From a virus (taxonomy: Duplodnaviria; Heunggongvirae; Uroviricota; Caudoviricetes): a DNA stretch of 64,000 bases. Where the stretch lies: IMG/VR virus record IMGVR_UViG_3300024345_000775, positions 25,144 through 89,143 of that record. The stretch is one strand, 5' to 3'. The notes beneath the pieces are model-generated. The model did no database searches, was not told the origin of the DNA, and worked only from the letters and a program-made list of their open reading frames with translations. Below, piece by piece: positions 41,127 to 48,571 of the stretch (position 1 is the first letter of the stretch; each line of letters opens with the position of its first letter). Both the position numbers and the translations under genes were made by a program.

Positions 41127-41968
41127 TGGAATCTTGGGTCTTTAGCCATACCTAGAGACATTATCTCTACATTGGTAGGCTTTTCAGTTAAGTCAAACAA
41201 CATTTCAATTTCAGGCCAGAAGCAAGGCATACTTGCCATTCTATAAATCTTGAACTTGTTTGCTTCAAACTTTTTGTTAATCTTTTCAATTACTTCAGCA
41301 CTTCCTTCACCTTCTCTGATATAGGTGTCTATATCTTTGTAAGTGATTCCAAGTGTTTGTTCATCAGATGTACCAACAAGTCCATCTTCAGGAACTTTCT
41401 CAACAAGTTCAGCAGGAAGTCCAAGTTCATGTCCAATAGCTTTTACTTCTTGTACAGTAAGCATACATAATGGTGATACATCTCCTGCACTATCTCCATC
41501 AACAGTTGCATAACCAACCCAGTCTTCAGATAAGTTAGAAGTGTTAATCAATCTGCCATTATTTGCTTGTGCTACATATCTTAACATAGTCATCCTAATT
41601 CTAGGAGCTAAGTTAATTCTTGCTTGCTCAGTTACTTCATTAAGAGTATTGTGTACATTTGCCATCTTATATCTATCCTGGAATTCTTCAAAGATAGTCC
41701 CAATAGGAATAGACAGGTTCTTGATTCCAAGAGTTTCACACACTTTCTGTGCTATATTGAAATCATGTTGAACACCATTTGGCAACAATACACCTATGAC
41801 TCTTTCAGCACCTAAAGCTTTTACACAGAGTGCTGCTGCAATAGTAGAGTCTTTACCTCCTGATATACCTATTACAGCATTACATCCTGGTCCATTTTGT
41901 TCAAACCAAGATTGTAAATACTTTATAAGAGCTTCAGTTGTTTCTTTAGCTAAAAACCTATATTTCAT
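41123..41968 (-). CDS. nadE: NH3-dependent NAD+ synthetase NadE
   Basis: PP-loop GISGGKDSTIAAAL (SGGxDS), 281 aa. Confidence 0.8.
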   Translation of the reverse strand: MKYRFLAKETTEALIKYLQSWFEQNGPGCNAVIGISGGKDSTIAAALCVKALGAERVIGVLLPNGVQHDFNIAQKVCETLGIKNLSIPIGTIFEEFQDRYKMANVHNTLNEVTEQARINLAPRIRMTMLRYVAQANNGRLINTSNLSEDWVGYATVDGDSAGDVSPLCMLTVQEVKAIGHELGLPAELVEKVPEDGLVGTSDEQTLGITYKDIDTYIREGEGSAEVIEKINKKFEANKFKIYRMASMPCFWPEIEMLFDLTEKPTNVEIMSLGMAKDPRFQ

Positions 41969-42032
41969 AAGTCTATATTGTTAGTTTATATTTATTTACC
42001 CACTCATTAAAGTGAGTGGGTCGGTAACAAGA

Positions 42033-42629
42033 TTAAAGGATAAAAGAAGCACAGGCCAGCACACCATCCTGGTAACGCTTGCTACCATTGTCCCAGAGAG
42101 CATAGTCAGCGTAACTCTGGTACACATACCAGGCATTAGACTGGTATCCTTCTCTAGCAATACTACTCCAATAATAACCATATCTGATTACTGGAATACC
42201 CATTACTAGATAGCATTTATTTATTTCCTCTAACCAATTGTTAAAGAATACCATGTTAAGTTCTATCTTACTAGGAACATACCATCTACCTTTACCAATA
42301 GAACCATAACTTAAGTTAAGTGCTCCTTGTGCAGCAGGTGAACCTTTAAAATAAGAGAAAGGTTCTCCTTGAACAGTATATTCTTTATCTTTTAGAACTT
42401 CATGCATTCTTAAAGTAGCTCCAAGACCACTGATAGTTTCCACATCAGTAATGAGTCTTTCATTACTTCCAGGAACTCCCCAAGCAGCTCTAAATGGAGG
42501 AGCAGGTGGTAATATAATACCATAATCATCCTTCATTACAAGAACTCCTTGAGGTTCTCTGTAGTCTTTCCACTGACCCCGCTCAAAGGGTTCCATATAA
42601 GTGTCTAAACAGAAAACACCACTTCTCAT
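42033..42629 (-). CDS. hypothetical protein
   Basis: 198 aa, 4-nt overlap with rSAM B. Confidence 0.45.
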   Translation of the reverse strand: MRSGVFCLDTYMEPFERGQWKDYREPQGVLVMKDDYGIILPPAPPFRAAWGVPGSNERLITDVETISGLGATLRMHEVLKDKEYTVQGEPFSYFKGSPAAQGALNLSYGSIGKGRWYVPSKIELNMVFFNNWLEEINKCYLVMGIPVIRYGYYWSSIAREGYQSNAWYVYQSYADYALWDNGSKRYQDGVLACASFIL

Positions 42630-43525
42630 ACATCTTTTTGCCAGATTGGCTCTTTGTGAAAAGAACTTTTTGTTATTTTTATAGGATTTCCCAAAATTAA
42701 ATTCTTTGAGAAACTCTCAGGAGGATACAACCAGCATTTGATTTTATTTTGTTGTTTAAGTAAGTCATAGAAATGTGCTCCAAAAGCTATTTTAGACCAA
42801 TTTAAATTTTTACTTAACAAATACTCAAATTCTTCTTGTGTATATTTGCAAACACTTCTACCAGAAGGCATAAGTGGTAATAGAACAAAATACAATATAT
42901 CATTTACATATGGATATACTTCACTGACAAATTTGTCAACAGAAGCTTTATCTGAAATTATGTAATGAATGTTAATGTTAATGTCTATACCTTTTAAATT
43001 ATCAACAGCTTTCTTCCAAGTCTTATTGATATTTTCATTCCAAGTGTTTGCACTTACAGCTACACCACCACAGTACTTCTCTGTTGCTTCCAACAATTCT
43101 TTATTGTCTTCAGAAGCTAGAGTTATACCATTGGTAGTGTAGTTAGGTACTATTCCTAAGTTATATATAGTTTGTAAGAAAGGAATGAATTCAGGATGAA
43201 TTGTTGGCTCACCTTCACTCCCTATTGCTATTTGAAAAGGTTTGGAATTTTCATCCATCTCTCCAAAGAACTTTTTTGCTTTCTCACATACATCCTTATA
43301 GAATACACCTGTATGTAATGCATTAGTATAACAGAAAGGACATTCTAGATTACACTTAGTACCAAGACTTACATCATAAAACTCAGAACAGATAGGTGGT
43401 AACTCTTGAGCTACTCCTTGTCCTAATCTTACTGTTTTTAGATTTTGCCATATAGCATTATAGTTATATTCTGAAAAATTCCTCTGTTTAATACCAAAGT
43501 GAGTAAAATCTTTCATAATTAACAA
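42626..43525 (-). CDS. radical SAM enzyme (paralog B)
   Basis: DVSLGTKCNLECPFCYTN (CX3CX2C) and GSEGEP; alignable with rSAM A over the cluster region. Confidence 0.65.
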   Translation of the reverse strand: MLIMKDFTHFGIKQRNFSEYNYNAIWQNLKTVRLGQGVAQELPPICSEFYDVSLGTKCNLECPFCYTNALHTGVFYKDVCEKAKKFFGEMDENSKPFQIAIGSEGEPTIHPEFIPFLQTIYNLGIVPNYTTNGITLASEDNKELLEATEKYCGGVAVSANTWNENINKTWKKAVDNLKGIDININIHYIISDKASVDKFVSEVYPYVNDILYFVLLPLMPSGRSVCKYTQEEFEYLLSKNLNWSKIAFGAHFYDLLKQQNKIKCWLYPPESFSKNLILGNPIKITKSSFHKEPIWQKDV

Positions 43526-43962
43526 CTGTAACTAGATACAACAGACAGATTATTTCTAATCCAATCAATTGAATGTCTTCTATTATGGTCAATTCTAATT
43601 TGTAAGAACAAACCATTTTTCTTATCAACATTACCCCTGAAATGTCTTTTAACATCATGAGCAATATCTTTATAAGAAAGTGTAGTGACTTCACATTCTG
43701 CTGCATCACCTGAAGACTCATCAAGTCCTAACTTGTATAAAGCTTCATCATATTTATCCCAGTTATTTTTACCTCTACTACAGTATTGGTTCCAAAGCTC
43801 CTCTCTCTTTTTATCATCATTATCCCAAATTTCCTGTAATTTCTTAGCAACAATAGTACTAGTAAATTCTTGTTCAGGATTTGCAAATGCTACAAAGAGT
43901 TCAGATGAACTATTGGTTATTATGTCAGATATACTTTGAATAGGTATAATGAATGTAATCAT
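43519..43962 (-). CDS. TNSSS-motif family protein, subfamily B (paralog 5)
   Basis: MITFIIPIQSISDIITNSSSELFVAF; start placed at this Met, not the longer tracked ORF. Confidence 0.5.
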   Translation of the reverse strand: MITFIIPIQSISDIITNSSSELFVAFANPEQEFTSTIVAKKLQEIWDNDDKKREELWNQYCSRGKNNWDKYDEALYKLGLDESSGDAAECEVTTLSYKDIAHDVKRHFRGNVDKKNGLFLQIRIDHNRRHSIDWIRNNLSVVSSYSC

Positions 43963-44555
43963 CCTAAATGATACCTTTCTGCTACTTCCATTAACTTTTC
44001 TTGATAATCCCAATTAGGATTCTCATCCTTAGAGAACAAAAGAATTCTGTCACCATTCTTTTCTCTTAACATAGAAAGTCCAGAATCAGTTATTTGAGGA
44101 TACCACCACATATTAAGAGAACCTCTGAATTGTTCCATATGGTGTGGTAAAAACTTCTTATAACAATCATCTGCATCTTTGTAGAAATCAGAGAATTTTA
44201 CATCAAGATTCCAATTCTTTTTAAGGAACTTAGTTATTGCAGATTTATAAGTCTTAGCTCTCTTTTTAGCATACTCAATGGGGTTTCCATCTTCTTCTCT
44301 ATAGTATGTACCATAATCCTCAATATCTGAATAAGCCATACTATAATCAAAGTAGGTTTCAACCTCTTCATCATCTGCATCTCTAAGGAGAACTGGGTCA
44401 TTATACTCAGTTGACCAATTAGGATAAATACTATCAAGAATTGCTATTACTTCTGCAACAGTATTTTTATTGTCAAAAACAAACAGTTCACTAGAACTAT
44501 TAGTAATAACATCAGAAATACTTTGAATATTAAAAACAAATAATGTCTTTTTCAT
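43959..44555 (-). CDS. TNSSS-motif family protein, subfamily B (paralog 4)
   Basis: FVFNIQSISDVITNSSSELFVF. Confidence 0.5.
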   Translation of the reverse strand: MKKTLFVFNIQSISDVITNSSSELFVFDNKNTVAEVIAILDSIYPNWSTEYNDPVLLRDADDEEVETYFDYSMAYSDIEDYGTYYREEDGNPIEYAKKRAKTYKSAITKFLKKNWNLDVKFSDFYKDADDCYKKFLPHHMEQFRGSLNMWWYPQITDSGLSMLREKNGDRILLFSKDENPNWDYQEKLMEVAERYHLG

Positions 44556-45004
44556 TTGTTTAAAAATTCTTGTACAACTTCTGCAACTAATTTGCCATCA
44601 GCATTAGGAAGTGAACCTTTTATTGTTTTGATAATGACACCCATGTTCTTCTTTACAGGCTCAAAACCATCTTGTCCAATTACATCATTGAAACATTTCA
44701 AAATGTCTTCCCTAGTTGCTTCTACTGGTAAAAACTCTTTAAGAACTTTAAGTTGTGCTTCTTCTGCCTCAACTAAATCCATTCTATTAGCCTGTTTAAA
44801 TTGCTCAATAGAATCCTCTCTTTGTTTTACCATTTTCTTGATGATTTGAATTTCTACTTCATCAGTAAATGGTTTATTAACATTTTCTTTCTGAGTTCTC
44901 CATAATAAGAAAGCAGCTTTAATTGCTCTTAAAGCCTCTTTTCTTACATTCTCATGAGACTTCATAGCCTCCATGATAAGTTTATCAATTTGATTATTTA
45001 TCAT
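44552..45004 (-). CDS. YqeY/GatB C-terminal-like domain protein
   Basis: 150 aa; pattern ALRAIKAAF...TDEVEIQIIKKMVKQREDSIEQFKQANRMDLVEAEEAQLKVLKEFLP...ADGKLVAEVVQEFL follows the YqeY/GatB_Yqey consensus. Confidence 0.6.
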   Translation of the reverse strand: MINNQIDKLIMEAMKSHENVRKEALRAIKAAFLLWRTQKENVNKPFTDEVEIQIIKKMVKQREDSIEQFKQANRMDLVEAEEAQLKVLKEFLPVEATREDILKCFNDVIGQDGFEPVKKNMGVIIKTIKGSLPNADGKLVAEVVQEFLNK

Positions 45005-46212
45005 TGCTCTGCTGCTTTAAAATTATATATAGGTTTAATAATATCTACAACATCTACAGTATCTTTGATACACTCCATGATTTCATCCATCGGTTTATAT
45101 ACCATAGGTGCTTCATCAATAGTATCTTTAGTTGCTGTAGTTGTATAAATACCTTTCATTGCTTCAATAAAGTCCTCTTCTTTAAGACTTTCTTTTGCTT
45201 TCTTTCTAGACATAAGTCTACCTGCTCCATGAGGTGCAGAATACAACCAATCAAGATTACCTTTACCTATACAGATAAGAGAACCATCTCTCATGTTAAT
45301 AGGAATAATAAGCTTTTCTCCATTAAGTGCACTCACAGCACCTTTTCTAAGAATCTTATGTGGTAAATCAATATAATTATGAATAGTTGTAAAAGATTTA
45401 TCATGTCCTTCTAAGAAATCAGAAAGAAGATTAGAAAGTCCTAAGAAATCAAGAATTCTAATAGCAATTGCTCTTCTATTACAAGAAGCATATCCTTGAC
45501 ATAATCTCATATCATTAAGATAATCCTCAAGGTCTTTACCTTCAAGATATGCCAATTCAGCATTGAAAGGTGATTGAGTTGCTTTAATTTGTGCAAGAGT
45601 AGCATTGATTTCAGACTGTCTTCCTTGTTCTTTAAGACTGTTAATAATTTCTATAAAATCAGTTCTCTTTGCTTTACAACTCTTTATAGCTTTTTCTTGA
45701 TAATACTTACATACTCTTACACCAAGATTTCTACTACCAGTATGAATTACAAGAAATTTTTCATCATTTTCATTTATATCAACTTCAATAAAATGATTAC
45801 CTCCTCCAAGACTACCAATAGACTTTAAAGCCATATCAGCATCTATAACTTCTTGACATTTAAATTGAGTAAGTGTACTAGGATGATAAAAACTTTTACC
45901 AAGAAACTGTTCATTGATATTGAATCCAGAAGGTATTTCAGTTTTAATGAAATTATCTAGAGCTGCTAAATCAATCTCAATATTACCTAAAGGAACAACC
46001 AACATTCCACATCCTATATCTACTCCAACTGTATTAGGTACAACTCTATCTTTAATACCTATTACAGTACCAATTGTACATCCTGCACCTGCATGACAAT
46101 CAGGCATTATTCTTACAGGACATTCTCCATAAGCATCAGATAAAGACATGTTTTGAATTTGTAACATTGCCTCATCTTCAACTGTTTTTGCATATATTTT
46201 TACATTTTTCAT
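45001..46212 (-). CDS. rtcB: RtcB RNA 3'-phosphate/2',3'-cyclic-phosphate ligase
   Basis: MPDCHAGAGCTIG, GGGNHFIEV and SAPHGAGR, the three RtcB metal/GTP-binding signatures; 403 aa. Confidence 0.85.
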   Translation of the reverse strand: MKNVKIYAKTVEDEAMLQIQNMSLSDAYGECPVRIMPDCHAGAGCTIGTVIGIKDRVVPNTVGVDIGCGMLVVPLGNIEIDLAALDNFIKTEIPSGFNINEQFLGKSFYHPSTLTQFKCQEVIDADMALKSIGSLGGGNHFIEVDINENDEKFLVIHTGSRNLGVRVCKYYQEKAIKSCKAKRTDFIEIINSLKEQGRQSEINATLAQIKATQSPFNAELAYLEGKDLEDYLNDMRLCQGYASCNRRAIAIRILDFLGLSNLLSDFLEGHDKSFTTIHNYIDLPHKILRKGAVSALNGEKLIIPINMRDGSLICIGKGNLDWLYSAPHGAGRLMSRKKAKESLKEEDFIEAMKGIYTTTATKDTIDEAPMVYKPMDEIMECIKDTVDVVDIIKPIYNFKAAEQ

Positions 46213-46735
46213 AAACTTTAGAAAAAGAAGGTGGCAAGACTAGTTTCACAACCCATCTTGCCTAGAGTCACCGCGCAAACAAAAACACAATATTAACCAT
46301 TGAATCACATAAGAAGTATATTTTAGGTGCTACTTAACACCAGATGTTGAGCATAACTTTCCCAGTGAAGGGATGCCTATGCTCGCAGAAGGTTTTAACT
46401 TTTAAACCTCCAAACTAGGATGCCGTTTCAAGTGTTTGCCCAAACACAGTAAAATAAAGTATATAAATACCTATGGTTATAGACTGCCATACTAGGTGCT
46501 CTGAGTCTCCATACTTTTATTCTAGCTTATTATGTAGTTTGTCTTAACCTAGTGAGCAAGGCTCTCTGACAAATAGCTTTTGCCTATTCTGTATCACTAC
46601 AATGACCTCCTTAATTGTGGACTTATATCTATATAGATACCATCTTTTTTATATAGGGATGGAGAGACCTACTCTTGAGGAAAAACAAAAACTCTGCTAG
46701 GAAAAATCGTAGAAAAACTAACAGAGAAACAAAAA

Positions 46736-46780
46736 CCTCAAGGACCAGTGGACCTACTGGGAGTCGAACCCAGGTCCAAC
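46736..46780 (-). ncRNA. tRNA-like minihelix (T-arm + acceptor-like stem) followed by CUGGUCC motif; candidate tRNA-mimic / Y-RNA-like module
   Basis: Minus strand reads GGACCUGGGUUCGACUCCCAGUAGGUCCACUGGUCCUUGAGG. Canonical T-loop UUCGACU on CUGGG/CCCAG stem stacks on GGACC/GGUCC; no 5' acceptor strand or D-arm nearby. Confidence 0.35.
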
Positions 46781-47293
46781 AATATCAACTAATAGGAAAC
46801 TTTACATGCTTAGTTCTTTTTAATGTGGTTACTTTACCCACAGGGGCTAATTGGTTTGGCAACTAGCCACTCCACCACTTCATTTATACTTTGAAGAAAG
46901 TTAAATGTGTCTTTCCACAATGTCAATTATTTTCTGTTTCCAGGTATAATTACCCAGGTTATGCCATAATAAGCTAGTTTACAGTTAAGTAAGCCTAAGC
47001 TTAGGCAACCAATCTAACAGGTCTTCTTCTGCTAGCATTTATTTTTTGTACCGTAATTTAGAGCAGTACTCTCTTTGCATGTTCCCATTAATCATATAAT
47101 GCTGTCAAAACCAAATAGGCCCTAATAAGAAAGAGGATGAGGTATTAACTCCACCCTCTCCTATTGTAAAAAGGGGAGAAAAAGAGCAAAGTATTTTTCA
47201 GTTATTGGCAAACCATGACGCTAATTATAGAAGTAACTTTACACTGACATCCCCTATGGGAAAAGCAGGAGAAATAATATAGAGTGTTTAAGG

Positions 47294-47367
47294 ATTTCTT
47301 TAGTGGAATTGAACCACCGACACTTTGCTTAGGAGGCAAATGCTCTATCCAGCTGAGCTAAAAGAAG
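47294..47367 (-). tRNA. tRNA-Arg (CCT)
   Basis: D-arm GCTCAGCTGGATAGAGC, anticodon arm TTTGC-CTCCTAA-GCAAA, T-arm GGTGGTTCAATTCCACT; acceptor has one terminal mismatch. Confidence 0.75.
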
Positions 47368-47432
47368 TAACTCCATATTTGACAACCTGCTTTATAGTAA
47401 AAAGGAGGGAGAGAGGTAGAAAGGGATATAAA

Positions 47433-47506
47433 AGTTTCATCCTTGAGTTGAACAAGGTACCCCAAAATTACCAATTTTTGTGCTCTACCAAATGAGCTAA
47501 TAAAAC
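47433..47506 (-). tRNA. tRNA with atypical anticodon arm (8-nt loop ATTGGTAA, or Thr GGT / Pro TGG under alternative pairing)
   Basis: Acceptor GTTTTAT/ATGAAAC, D-arm GCTCATTTGGTAGAGC, T-arm CCTTGTTCAACTCAAGG all canonical. Perfect stem CAAAA/TTTTG encloses 8 nt. Confidence 0.55.
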
Positions 47507-47539
47507 GAAGTAACCCTCTCTGTGACAACCCTCCTTAGA

Positions 47540-48244
47540 TTAACCAAAAGTAATCATAGTATCAGGATATTCCTGGTACCATTCTTTTAATTCTTGAAAC
47601 TCTTCATCTTTTAGAATAACATTATGTTCTTTACATCTTTGTACACAATCTGCTACACTGTAGCAAGGTTTTGCACTATAATCATGTATTCTAAAGATGT
47701 CACATATTCTTCTAGATAGATATTTATCAGCAATTTCTGAACTAGCATCTATGTAAACTTTACCATTCTTATATTTAAGACCCGTTACACTATGCAATTG
47801 TTCAGGTAACAAATTTGCTACATCTTCTAGACAATGACAATTTGTTTCAAGACTTTCAACAAGTAAAGAGTTTAAACCAATGAAGAAATCTCTATACTCT
47901 TGCCAAGTTTTTGTTTGTGCAAGCTTGATTTCTTCAAGTATACTCTTATCAGACCAACCTTTAAGTTCTGATAAAGATTTACATTCAGGATAAGTCTTAT
48001 CTTTCCAATAAGCTCTATTATCATCCTTTTCATAAGATGTAAAATCTTTATTCCATTCCTCTTCAGTTGTTTCTTTATATAATTTTAACAGTAATCTAGC
48101 ACCATCTACTATTCTGTTAAAATATTCTTCCTTTAATTCCTTTTGTTTTTGTTCAAGATAAACATAAAACCATGTATGACATCCCATATTAAAGAAATTT
48201 ATATTCACCAAGTAGAAAAGCATTGAGAGTAATATCCCAATCAT
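47540..48244 (-). CDS. hypothetical protein
   Basis: 234-aa ORF. Confidence 0.45.
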   Translation of the reverse strand: MIGILLSMLFYLVNINFFNMGCHTWFYVYLEQKQKELKEEYFNRIVDGARLLLKLYKETTEEEWNKDFTSYEKDDNRAYWKDKTYPECKSLSELKGWSDKSILEEIKLAQTKTWQEYRDFFIGLNSLLVESLETNCHCLEDVANLLPEQLHSVTGLKYKNGKVYIDASSEIADKYLSRRICDIFRIHDYSAKPCYSVADCVQRCKEHNVILKDEEFQELKEWYQEYPDTMITFG

Positions 48245-48427
48245 CCCATACTTCTATATGAGAATAACCTGATACTCTATCAATACAATTTACTTTAATT
48301 GTTTTCTTTTCTTCATCAACTTCTAGAGGTTCAAACACTAAATTACTAATAATGTTTGGATTTCTAAAAAGTTTATGAGATTTTAATTTTTCAATTATTT
48401 CCTTTTTCATATTGTTTTTGTTTTATG

Positions 48428-48501
48428 TGGCCCAGGAGTGACTCGAACACTCGACCCACAGCTTAGAAGGCTGTTGCTCTATCCAACTGAGCTACTGGGT
48501 C
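48428..48501 (-). tRNA. tRNA-Arg (TCT)
   Basis: D-arm GCTCAGTTGGATAGAGC, anticodon arm ACAGC-CTTCTAA-GCTGT, T-arm GAGTGTTCGAGTCACTC; 74 nt. Confidence 0.8.
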
Positions 48502-48571
48502 AGAGAGAAAGAGTGAGGAGCAGTTCTTATGGTATGCTTCCTCACTACAGTTCTCATGTTAGTTACCTAAC

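Noticed and set aside
12404-43525. rSAM paralogs as viperin-like (ddhNTP-producing) enzymes
   Set aside because: The similarity is confined to the generic L-T-x-x-C-x3-C-x-F-C motif shared by many radical SAM enzymes; viperin's extended N- and C-terminal signature blocks are not evident, so no specific call is made.
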